Below the pieces are notes generated by a model. That model had not been told where the DNA came from. It saw only the letters and a list, made by a program, of their open reading frames with translations, and made no database searches. A DNA stretch of 49,742 nt, from NCBI GenBank assembly GCA_005883405.1, contig VBGG01000136.1, positions 1 to 49,742 of the forward strand, given 5' to 3'. The position numbers and the translations under genes were made by a program. Each line of letters begins with the position of its first letter. The stretch's first letter is position 1. This DNA is from Chloroflexota bacterium. Lineage in GTDB: Bacteria > Chloroflexota > UBA6077 > CF-72. This document shows, piece after piece, positions 8,762-17,117 of the stretch.

Positions 8762-10090
8762 TCAGATCCGCGCTGCTCCGCGGTCGGGGCTGTCGGCGGC
8801 TGACGGGCGGAAGGCCGAGAGAGTGTGAGAGATGTCCGCCTTCGCCCTGACAAGCGAAGGGGTGGTCGGCGGCGCGAGGCCGAAGCTGTTGCTCATGGCC
8901 GCGCTGGGCGTCCAGCGCCGCGCCTTGTTCGGGACGTAGTCCAGGTCACACTCGGGATCGGGGTGTTCGTAGTTGATCGTCGGCGGCAGCCAGCCGGTCT
9001 CGATCGCCTTGACGCAGGCCAACGCCTCGATGGCGCCGGCGGCGCCGAACATGTGCCCGGTCATGCTCTTGGTCGACGAAACGGCCAACTGTCTGGCGTG
9101 CTCGCCGAAGACGTTGTTGATGGCCGCTGTTTCGAAGCGATCGTTGTACGGCGTCGACGTTCCGTGCGCGTTGATGTAGCCGATGTCGGCGGCCTGCAGG
9201 CCAACGCTCCGAGACGCGTCGCGCAGCGCCGCTCGCATGACCTTGGCCGCACCGGCGCCCTGGTCTCTCGGTTGGACCATATGGAACGCGTCGTTGCCGC
9301 TCCCGTAGCCGACGATCTCGCAGTACACCCGCGCGCCCCGCTGCGCCGCGTGTGCAGCTTCCTCGAGCACCAGCACGGCCGCGCCTTCGGAGATGACGAA
9401 GCCGTCGCGCTCCGCGTCGAATGGTCGACTCGCGCGTTTGGGCTCGTCGTTGCGCGCCGAAAGTGCCCGCATGTTGATGAATCCAGCGAAGATCACCGGC
9501 AGAATGCTGGCTTCGGTGCCGCCGGCGACCACGACATCTGCGTCGTCGCGCGCGATCGTCTTGAGCGCCTCGCCCACCGCATGGCTACCGGTGGCGCACG
9601 CGCTGGCCACGGCCATATTCGGCCCTTCGGCGCCCAGCGCAATGGCGAGCAGACCAGAGGCAGAGTCGGGCAGGAAGTGCGGCAAGAACATCGGCGAGAC
9701 GCGGTCGGGCCCGCGCTCGAGCAGAATCTGCTGCTGGGTGAGCATCTTCTCGACCCCGCCGGCGGCGGTGCCGAACACGACGCCCACCCGCTCCGGACAT
9801 TCGGCCGACATGTCCAGAGCTGCGTCGGCGACCGCTTCCTTGCCTGCCACCAGCGCGAACTTTGCACTGCGGTCCATATGCCGCAGCTCTTTGGACGAAA
9901 TGTGGTCTTCCGGCTTGAAGTTCTTGATTTCGCCGCCGATACGCACCCCGAAGCCGGTTGGATCGAACAGCGTGATGGTGTCGATGCCGGAGCAACCAGC
10001 GAGCAGGTTCGTCCAGCTCTCGGCGACGCAGTTGCCCACGGGCGTGACGGCGCCGAGGCCCGTCACCACGACGCGCCGCGGCTCAGGCAT
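8762..10090 (-). CDS. Second beta-ketoacyl-ACP synthase (KAS I/II family) with a divergent, extended C-terminus
   Basis: 442 aa. Triad contexts are ASACATGS, NAHGTSTP and SMTGHMFGAAG. The C-terminus reads NSFGLAPPTTPSLVRAKAD plus a 23 aa tail instead of GFGG.N..LVF. Its stop abuts the fabF ATG. Confidence 0.85.
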   Translation of the reverse strand: MPEPRRVVVTGLGAVTPVGNCVAESWTNLLAGCSGIDTITLFDPTGFGVRIGGEIKNFKPEDHISSKELRHMDRSAKFALVAGKEAVADAALDMSAECPERVGVVFGTAAGGVEKMLTQQQILLERGPDRVSPMFLPHFLPDSASGLLAIALGAEGPNMAVASACATGSHAVGEALKTIARDDADVVVAGGTEASILPVIFAGFINMRALSARNDEPKRASRPFDAERDGFVISEGAAVLVLEEAAHAAQRGARVYCEIVGYGSGNDAFHMVQPRDQGAGAAKVMRAALRDASRSVGLQAADIGYINAHGTSTPYNDRFETAAINNVFGEHARQLAVSSTKSMTGHMFGAAGAIEALACVKAIETGWLPPTINYEHPDPECDLDYVPNKARRWTPSAAMSNSFGLAPPTTPSLVRAKADISHTLSAFRPSAADSPDRGAARI

Positions 10091-10120
10091 ACAGCCTCAT
10101 TGTGGAGGAAACGCCGAGCA

Positions 10121-11125
10121 CTACTTGCCTGCGGCGTCCTCCCGCGGTCCGAGCAGCGCCACGACCGCGTCGTTGAGGCTGATCGCCTTGACGTCGCTGC
10201 TGATGCGACGAATCAGTCGCGACAGCACCTGGCCAGGCCCGATCTCGACGAACGTGTCCACCCCGTTGGCGACCATCTCGCGCACTGAGCCCACCCACTC
10301 GACCGGGGCCACCATCTGCGAGGCCAGCTCCGCGCGAATGTGCTCGGCGCTGGTGCGCACCTGGCCGGCGATGTTGGTGACCACGGGCACCTGCGGGTCT
10401 CGCAGCGGAGAGCGGTCGATGATCTCGGCCAGCCGCGAGGCCGCCTGCTGCATCAACGGCGAGTGCGACGCGATGCTGATGCGCAGGGGCACGACCGTCC
10501 GTGCGCCGGCTTCGCGGATCAGCTCGATGGCCCGGTTGAGCGCGGCAAGTTCGCCCGAGATGACGAACTGCTCGGGCGAATTGGCGTTCTCCACGCTGAC
10601 GATGCCGCCGGTTTCGCTGGACGCCTGCTCGCAAGTTTGCTCGAGGCACTGCCGCTCGAGGCCAATGACGGCCGCCATGCCGCCCGGTCGGTGATTGCCC
10701 TGCTCCTTCATCAGCCGTCCGCGCTCGCGGACGAGCCGCAGCGCGTCGCTGAACTCCAGCGAGCCGGCCGCGACCAGCGCCGTGTACTCGCCCAGGCTGT
10801 GGCCGGCCACGAAGCGCGGCGGCTGCCACTTCTGGCCCACCGCCTCGAGCCGTTCCCGCATCGCGGCCAGACAGGCCAGCGACACGGTCAAGATGGCCGG
10901 TTGCGCGTTGATCGTGTCTTCGAGCTCTTCGGCCGGTCCCTCGAAGCAGAGCTGAGACAACTCGAAGCCGAGGACTTCGTCGGCCTGTTGGAAGACCCGT
11001 CGCGCAGCGCTCGATGCGTCGTACAGGGCTTTGCCCATACCGACGTACTGTGATCCCTGTCCTGGGAACACGAACGCCAGCTTGTGGGCGTCCCGCCCGG
11101 TCACTTCAGCCGTAGCGACACTCAC
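10121..11125 (-). CDS. fabD: Malonyl-CoA:ACP transacylase
   Basis: FVFPGQGSQYVGMG and the GHSLGEY active-site motif. 334 aa. Confidence 0.92.
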   Translation of the reverse strand: MSVATAEVTGRDAHKLAFVFPGQGSQYVGMGKALYDASSAARRVFQQADEVLGFELSQLCFEGPAEELEDTINAQPAILTVSLACLAAMRERLEAVGQKWQPPRFVAGHSLGEYTALVAAGSLEFSDALRLVRERGRLMKEQGNHRPGGMAAVIGLERQCLEQTCEQASSETGGIVSVENANSPEQFVISGELAALNRAIELIREAGARTVVPLRISIASHSPLMQQAASRLAEIIDRSPLRDPQVPVVTNIAGQVRTSAEHIRAELASQMVAPVEWVGSVREMVANGVDTFVEIGPGQVLSRLIRRISSDVKAISLNDAVVALLGPREDAAGK

Positions 11126-11287
11126 GGTTACTCCTGGTTCTGCACGCTGGTGCGGGCGAAAATTTGGGTCGAATCAGCGCCGACCAGACCCATGCTGTGG
11201 ATCGCCGGGTGTGTTGGCCGACCAGTATACGCAAACTCAACCCAGGGGTTGAAGCGTTCTGAAGGGCGGGGTATTAACAATCGGCCT

Positions 11288-11788
11288 ATGCGAGAGGAGC
11301 CGTCACGGCGAACGCCGGCAGGCGCGCCAGCGCTCAAGAAGATCGACCTCACGATCGCCCGCTTGCGATTGCTCCTGGCGGACGTCTCGGCGCGCGAACG
11401 CGCCCTCGAAGACCAGCGGCGCACGTTCCGTGAGCAGCACAACAAGCTGATCACCTTCAGCATGTATGGCGACTCGACGCTGGATAGCGTGCTGGCGATG
11501 CTGGGCGACGTCCAGGAGCGCCTCAGTCACCTGGATGGCACGTCGCAATCGCTGGCCGCGATTCGCAAGCGCGCCGAGATCGAGCTCGAATCGCTGCAGC
11601 TGACCAAGGGCATAGAGGAAGCCAAAATCCTGCTTCAGGCGCTGCGGGCAAAACAAGCCGGCCCGTTCGATCCCGCCGACGCCCTCACCCCCGCGGAAAT
11701 ACAGGCAGAGATCGTCCGCCTCCAGTCCCTCATCAACGAGGCCAGCGAGCGCGCCGCCAAGACCATCGAGAAATCCACCCGTCGTTGA
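11288..11788 (+). CDS. Hypothetical coiled-coil protein
   Basis: 166 aa from the first ATG after the divergent fabD promoter region. It has heptad-like charged/Leu-rich sequence and no recognisable motif. Confidence 0.5.
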   Translation: MREEPSRRTPAGAPALKKIDLTIARLRLLLADVSARERALEDQRRTFREQHNKLITFSMYGDSTLDSVLAMLGDVQERLSHLDGTSQSLAAIRKRAEIELESLQLTKGIEEAKILLQALRAKQAGPFDPADALTPAEIQAEIVRLQSLINEASERAAKTIEKSTRR

Positions 11789-12000
11789 GCCCATCGAGTC
11801 GAGCGCCGGCCACGGTGGTGACGGCTCTGGCGCTGGCGCTGATCAACGTGGGCCTGGCGGCGCTGGTCGTGGACGCGGTGGGGGCGCCCAGCTTCGCCCC
11901 TCCATGGGTAGCGCTGGTGCTGCTGGTGACCGGCGTCCTGGCCGGCATCGGCGCGGTGATGCTGTGGCGGCAATACCTCACCGCGGCGCGTGGACGCTGA
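11785..12000 (+). CDS. Small hydrophobic protein with two predicted TM helices
   Basis: 71 aa. The TTG start overlaps the upstream stop (TTGA). There are two long Ala/Val/Leu stretches. Confidence 0.4.
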   Translation: MSPSSRAPATVVTALALALINVGLAALVVDAVGAPSFAPPWVALVLLVTGVLAGIGAVMLWRQYLTAARGR

Positions 12001-12046
12001 CGCGGCGAAAGAAAACGCTTCCGGTACACTCCGCGACCGTCATCTC

Positions 12047-13717
12047 ATGCCGCGACCTGTCGCGTACCTGGTGGTCTTCGTTTCGAGCTGCTGCACGCTG
12101 ATCCTGGAACTGGTGGCGGGGCGCATTCTGGCTCCGTTCATCGGCGTATCGCTGTACACGTGGACGAGCATCATCGGCGTCGTCCTGGCGGGTATCTCGT
12201 TGGGCAACTACCTCGGCGGTCGCGCCGCCGATCGCTGGCCGCAACGCCGCACGCTGGGCATCCTGCTGGTCGCCGGCGGTCTGGCCAGCCTGGCGATCTT
12301 GCCGCTGATCACCATCGCCACGTCGATCCCCACCGGCGACCTGGTCGACCCGAACAACCGCCTTGGCGGGTTGTTGCCGCTCGATCGCGCCGCGCTGCTG
12401 ATCCTGCGCATCGTACTGATCACGACGCTGATCTTCCTTCCGCCCAGCTTCATCCTGGGCATGGTCTCACCCGTGGTCATCAAGCTGACGTTGCGCGACC
12501 TGGCGCACAGCGGTGGCCTGGTCGGCAAGGTGTACGCGCTGTCGACGTTGGGCAGCATTCTGGGTACCTTCGCCACGGGCTTCGTCCTGGTGCAGCTGTT
12601 GGGCACACGCATGATCGTGCTCGGCGTCGGCATCGTCCTGCTGGCGATGGCCGCCCTGTTCGGCGACCTGGTGCGCGTCGGCCGGGCAGCCGCGCCGATT
12701 GCCGCCGGTGTGTTGCTGGTGGGGCTGCTGGTGCCGGCGCGCAACGTCAAAGCGTACGGCTGCCTCGACGGAGTCGGCCTCGAGATGGACTGCGTACAGC
12801 GCTCCGTCAAGGACGGCTGGGATCAGGCGACCAGCACGGGCTGTCTGCACGAGACCGCCTACTACTGCATCCGCGTCGCCGACAATCCGGCGGCCTCGGA
12901 CCATCAGACGGTGAAGGAGCTGATCCTCGATCACCTGGTCCACAGCTACAACTCGCTCGAGGACCCCAACTTCCTCGAGTACGGCTACATCAAGGTGTAC
13001 GCCGAAGTCGCTGAGTACCTCGCCCAGCGTGTGCCCGACCAGGCGATTCGGGTGTTGTACGTCGGCGGCGGAGGCTACACGCTGGCGCGGCACATCGAGG
13101 CGACCTACCCCAACGCTCGCCAGGAAATCATGGAGATCGATCCCGGCGTGACCCAGACGGTGTATGAGCAGCTAGGTGTCGAACGTTCCAGGACAAACAT
13201 CACGACCTACAACGTGGACGGGCGGCTGATGATCAATCAGCTCCTGGTGCGCAACGGCGGCCAGTACGACCTGATCATCGGCGACGCGTTCAACGACCTG
13301 TCGATCCCGTATCACCTGACCACGCTCGAGTTCGACCAGGACCTCAAGCGGCTGCTCAAGCCGGATGGCTTCTACCTGGCTCTGGTGATCGACAAGCTGC
13401 GCGGTGGCAAGTTCATGCCGGCCTACACGGATACGGTGCTGCGGGTGTGGCCAGCGGTCCAGGTGCTTTCGGATAGTGAGCCATGGGAAAGCTCGGCGCC
13501 AAGCACGTACGTCGTCGCCGCGGGAAACGCCGCGGTGGCGCCGGACCGCCTCGCGGGCCTCCATGGTCAGGGCCAGAATGGCAGTGTGGTGACCCACATC
13601 ATGCCCGGCGAGCTGATGCACCAGTGGCTCGACTACGCCCAGGCGCCGATCCTGACGGACGACTACGCGCCGGTCGACAATCTCATCGCGCCCGTTTTCG
13701 CCGAACGCGGTATCTGA
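12047..13717 (+). CDS. Fused membrane domain / spermidine-synthase-like (polyamine aminopropyltransferase family) protein
   Basis: An N-terminal ~230 aa multi-TM region (LILELVAGRILAPFIG...) is followed by a methyltransferase-fold region (VLYVGGGGYTLARH, EIDPGV, IIGDAF). Confidence 0.8.
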   Translation: MPRPVAYLVVFVSSCCTLILELVAGRILAPFIGVSLYTWTSIIGVVLAGISLGNYLGGRAADRWPQRRTLGILLVAGGLASLAILPLITIATSIPTGDLVDPNNRLGGLLPLDRAALLILRIVLITTLIFLPPSFILGMVSPVVIKLTLRDLAHSGGLVGKVYALSTLGSILGTFATGFVLVQLLGTRMIVLGVGIVLLAMAALFGDLVRVGRAAAPIAAGVLLVGLLVPARNVKAYGCLDGVGLEMDCVQRSVKDGWDQATSTGCLHETAYYCIRVADNPAASDHQTVKELILDHLVHSYNSLEDPNFLEYGYIKVYAEVAEYLAQRVPDQAIRVLYVGGGGYTLARHIEATYPNARQEIMEIDPGVTQTVYEQLGVERSRTNITTYNVDGRLMINQLLVRNGGQYDLIIGDAFNDLSIPYHLTTLEFDQDLKRLLKPDGFYLALVIDKLRGGKFMPAYTDTVLRVWPAVQVLSDSEPWESSAPSTYVVAAGNAAVAPDRLAGLHGQGQNGSVVTHIMPGELMHQWLDYAQAPILTDDYAPVDNLIAPVFAERGI

Positions 13718-13820
13718 GACGTTTTCGCAATGCCCGGTACTTCCCGGGCTCTGGTTGCGTTGTTGCTCCTGAACCATACTTGCCCGCCCCCGATCGGAAG
13801 CCCAGGAGCTAACTGCCAAC

Positions 13821-15134
13821 ATGCGCGTAACTGACCTCCTTCGCACGATGGACATCTTCGAGGCGATCCCCTCTGAAGAGCTCGAGACCATCGCTCAACT
13901 GCTGCGCGAGCGCCGGTTGGCCGAGGCAGAGGTCCTCTGCCGCCAGGGAGATCCCGGCGACGCGCTCTTCATCGTGACCGGCGGCCGCATTCGCCTGTCG
14001 ACCAGCGACCCCAGCGGCAACGAGAAGGTCCTCACCTACTTCACCGACGGCCAGTTCTTCGGTGAGATGTCGTTGCTCACCGGCGCGCCGCGTTCGGCCA
14101 CGGCGACCGCCGAGACCGACAGTCAGCTGCTGGTGCTCGACAAGGGTTCCTTCGACGAGCTGCTCGCCAGCCACCCCGAAATCATGCGCGAGATGCTCAA
14201 GGTCGTCTCGCAGCGCACGCTCCAGACCAACCAGCAGCTACTGGCCGATGAGCCGGGCAGCGCCGTGACGGTCGGTGCGGGCCACGTGTACGCCATCTTT
14301 TCACCTCGTGGCGGCGCGGGCAAGACCATGCTGGCGATCAACATGGCCGTCAGGCAGGCGAAGGAGCAGCCGGAGCGGACCGCGCTTCTGGATCTCAGCC
14401 TGACCTTCGGCCACGCCGCCGCGCTGCTCGGTTTGAAACCCGAGACCTCGCTGGCCGCGGTTCCCGCCGAGAGCCTTTCGGACTTCGATCGCCGTACGCT
14501 TGGCCAGTACCTGGTCGAGCACCCCACCGGACTGCAGGTCCTGGTGGCAGGCACCCGCCCCGAAGAGGGTGAGGTGGTTACGGCAGCGCACGTCCGCGCG
14601 GCGCTCGGCACCATGAAGCGCCAGTTCAGCGCCACGTTCGTCGACTGCGGCAGCACCTTCGATGAGCCGACGATCGCCGCGCTCGAGATGGCCGACCGCA
14701 TCCTGGTCGTGTGTACGCCCGAACTGAACACCCTGCGGGACGTACGCGAGTGCCAGCGAGTGTTCGGCGAGATCATCCACCTGGACGGGAAGCGGGTCAA
14801 CTTCATCTTCAACCACAACCAGCCCTTCTCGGTGCTGGCGCGAGAGCAATTCGAGTCGGCGCTCGAGCAGGAGATGAGTTTCGAGCTACCCCACGCGGGC
14901 GAAGCCGCCTACAAGGCTGCCAACCGCGGTGAGCCGCTGGTGCTCAGCCACGGCGGGTCACCCTACAGCAAGGCTGTGGAGAAGATCGTCCAGGCCATCG
15001 TCCCCGCCGAGCCCAAGGGGAAGAAGCGCTCACTCAACGTCATCCATCATGCGACAGCAGCCAGGCCTGCCAGGACGGGTCCCCGCCCGGCGGGTGGACT
15101 GCTCGGCGTTCTGCGCGGCAAGCGCGCCAGTTAG
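13821..15134 (+). CDS. Cyclic-nucleotide-binding domain fused to a ParA/MinD/CpaE-like P-loop ATPase (copy 1)
   Basis: N-terminal cNMP-binding pattern (GDPGDALFIV..G, FFGEMSLLTGAPRSATA). Walker A is SPRGGAGKT (Lys codon 14322-14324). No HTH domain. Confidence 0.8.
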   Translation: MRVTDLLRTMDIFEAIPSEELETIAQLLRERRLAEAEVLCRQGDPGDALFIVTGGRIRLSTSDPSGNEKVLTYFTDGQFFGEMSLLTGAPRSATATAETDSQLLVLDKGSFDELLASHPEIMREMLKVVSQRTLQTNQQLLADEPGSAVTVGAGHVYAIFSPRGGAGKTMLAINMAVRQAKEQPERTALLDLSLTFGHAAALLGLKPETSLAAVPAESLSDFDRRTLGQYLVEHPTGLQVLVAGTRPEEGEVVTAAHVRAALGTMKRQFSATFVDCGSTFDEPTIAALEMADRILVVCTPELNTLRDVRECQRVFGEIIHLDGKRVNFIFNHNQPFSVLAREQFESALEQEMSFELPHAGEAAYKAANRGEPLVLSHGGSPYSKAVEKIVQAIVPAEPKGKKRSLNVIHHATAARPARTGPRPAGGLLGVLRGKRAS

Positions 15135-15148
15135 GAGGCCCCCAAGCT

Positions 15149-16372
15149 ATGCCGTCGCGAGTGCTCGAGCTGCTGCGCTCGATGGATCTGTTCACCGAGC
15201 TTGACGACCACGAGCTGGGCAAGATCACCCGTCTGCTCAAGGAGCTCAAGATCGCTGAGAACGAGGTGATCTTCAATCAGGGTGACCCTGGCGACGCCCT
15301 GTACATCGTGTTGCAGGGTCGTGTGCGCATCGCCACCACCGACAGTTTTGGTCGCGAACGCGTGCTGGCCTTCTACGGGCCGGGCGAGTTCTTCGGCGAT
15401 ATGGCGGTGCTGACGGGCGACCCGCGTTCGGCGACCGCCGGCGCGTCATCCGATGTACGCCTGCTGCAGCTGCGCAAGGACGACTTCGATGTGCTGGTGG
15501 CCACCAACATCGGCGTCATGCGCGGCATGATGCGGGTGATGGTCGAACGCCAGGCGGCACTCAACACGCGCCTGACGCAAGAGGTCGGCGCCACCCAGGG
15601 CGACGTGCGCGGCCAGGTGACGGTCGTCTTCTCTCCGCGCGGTGGCGCGGGCCAGACCGTGCTGACCACCAACCTCGCCGCCGCGCTGGCGCAGCTCACG
15701 CCTGACCGCGTCGTGGCCGTTGATCTGGATCTGCTGTTCGGACACATGCCGATGCTGCTGGATCTGGTGCCGCGCACCGCGCTAGCCGCCATTACCCCGG
15801 CCGCGATTCGGGCGCTCGACCGCGACAGCCTTGCCTACTACCTCACCAAGCACGCCGAGTCGTCGCTGCGCGTGCTGGCGGGTACGCTGCGACCCGAGGA
15901 GAGCGAGCTGGTCACTGGCGAGCACGTGCGCGCCATCCTCGAGCAGCTGCGTCGACAGTTCGTCCACATCGTCGTCGACGCGGGCTCGCGGTTTTCGGAG
16001 CCGTGTCTGGCGGCGCTCGAGGCGGCTGACCAGGTCATCGTGCTGAGCACGCCCGAGGCAGGTGCCGCTCACGCCACCCAGGAGACCCAGCGCGTACTGC
16101 GCGACCTGCTGGCGGTGCCCGCTGAGCGCGTCCGCTTCGTCCAGAATCAGCCGCGGCCGTACGGCAAACTGTGCGCCAACGAGCTGGCATTTCAGGTTGG
16201 TAGCGACCGTGTCCTCGAGGTCCCCTTCGGTGGCGAAGAGGTGAGCAAAGCGGGTCTGACCGGCTTCCCGCTGGTGATGAGCCGCACCGGCAATCCCACC
16301 ACCAAAGCGATCATGCGCCTGGCTCGGGACCTGGAAGAGAGCAGTCGCGAGCTGCTCGCGCTCTCGCGTTAA
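15149..16372 (+). CDS. Cyclic-nucleotide-binding domain fused to a ParA/MinD/CpaE-like domain (copy 2, Walker A Lys replaced by Gln)
   Basis: Same architecture as copy 1 (GDPGDALYIV, FFGDMAVLTGDPRSATA). Walker A is SPRGGAGQT (CAG 15653-15655). An AGGAGG SD overlaps the copy 1 stop. Confidence 0.8.
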   Translation: MPSRVLELLRSMDLFTELDDHELGKITRLLKELKIAENEVIFNQGDPGDALYIVLQGRVRIATTDSFGRERVLAFYGPGEFFGDMAVLTGDPRSATAGASSDVRLLQLRKDDFDVLVATNIGVMRGMMRVMVERQAALNTRLTQEVGATQGDVRGQVTVVFSPRGGAGQTVLTTNLAAALAQLTPDRVVAVDLDLLFGHMPMLLDLVPRTALAAITPAAIRALDRDSLAYYLTKHAESSLRVLAGTLRPEESELVTGEHVRAILEQLRRQFVHIVVDAGSRFSEPCLAALEAADQVIVLSTPEAGAAHATQETQRVLRDLLAVPAERVRFVQNQPRPYGKLCANELAFQVGSDRVLEVPFGGEEVSKAGLTGFPLVMSRTGNPTTKAIMRLARDLEESSRELLALSR

Positions 16373-16380
16373 AACCCACC

Positions 16381-16491
16381 CCCTCTCCCTCTGGGAGAGG
16401 GCTGGGGCGAGGGGTGCGTATTTTTCGCGAACGCTAGATCTCGTACGCACCCCTCACCCGCGCTACGCGCGGCCTCTCCCAGAGGGAGAGG
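16381..16491. repeat. Compound palindromic intergenic element, family C copy 2
   Basis: Same terminal hairpins and GGGTG-type inner stem as copy 1. It lies between convergent gene ends. Confidence 0.9.
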
Positions 16492-16497
16492 CGGATC

Positions 16498-17058
16498 TCA
16501 CTTCTTCTTCGTTTTCTTCGCGCGCTTCGGGGGCTCGACGTTCATCGCCTCGGCAACCGACGCCGAGACGGGCTCGTCCCAGTCCACTTCGGGGAAGAGC
16601 TTCTCGACGCCTTCGGCGAAGCGCTCGGAGTCGACGATGGTCAGCACGTACTGCGGATCTTCGGCCAACGGGTCTTGCGGGAACTTCAGCTCCGCCCAAC
16701 CCTCGTCGATGCCGCGGATCATCAGCCGCGTGACCATGTTCCTGAAGATGTCGTAGTTGGTGTACTTGGGCCCGACGCCGGCGTACAGCCGCTCGCCCTG
16801 TCCGTTGGCGGTCCACAGCCGCTCGACCAGATACGGCACGTTGGGCTTGACCAGGTCAGCCCGCGAACGACGTGGCTCCCACCACCGCGCCAGCAGCTGA
16901 TCAAGTTGAGCGACCTTGCCGAGCGTCTGGCGGCACGCCGGGCAATTGCGCGTTTCGCCCGCGCGCGCGACAGAGATGATCACGCCGCAGTGCGGGCAGC
17001 TGAAGTCGAGTTCCGCGTTCCGCGTTCCGCGTTGTTCTTTCCTGGAAGCAGCCATCAT
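16498..17058 (-). CDS. Hypothetical protein with an N-terminal CxxC...CxxC zinc ribbon and a Lys-rich C-terminus
   Basis: 186 aa. CPHCG...CPACR. Residues ~8-16 (QRGTRNAEL) are encoded by a heptamer repeat arm. Confidence 0.55.
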   Translation of the reverse strand: MMAASRKEQRGTRNAELDFSCPHCGVIISVARAGETRNCPACRQTLGKVAQLDQLLARWWEPRRSRADLVKPNVPYLVERLWTANGQGERLYAGVGPKYTNYDIFRNMVTRLMIRGIDEGWAELKFPQDPLAEDPQYVLTIVDSERFAEGVEKLFPEVDWDEPVSASVAEAMNVEPPKRAKKTKKK

Positions 17059-17113
17059 CGGGAGCCGGAGCGTACATCACCCGAGCTTCAACGCGGAACC
17101 CGGAACGCGGAAC
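17010..17113. repeat. Heptamer-array inverted repeat (family B). The GTTCCGC array at 17010-17033 pairs with GCGGAAC-type units at 17091-17113.
   Basis: Direct reading. The loop contains the start codon (17058) of the zinc-ribbon gene. Confidence 0.8.
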
Positions 17114-17117
17114 AGAG

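Noticed and set aside
8762-8890. A frameshift error as the explanation for the odd C-terminus of the upstream ketosynthase.
   Set aside because: I translated the other two frames across this segment, and neither restores a GFGG.N..LVF-like motif. The in-frame sequence still aligns loosely (FG......PSLV), so I report it as divergent rather than frameshifted.
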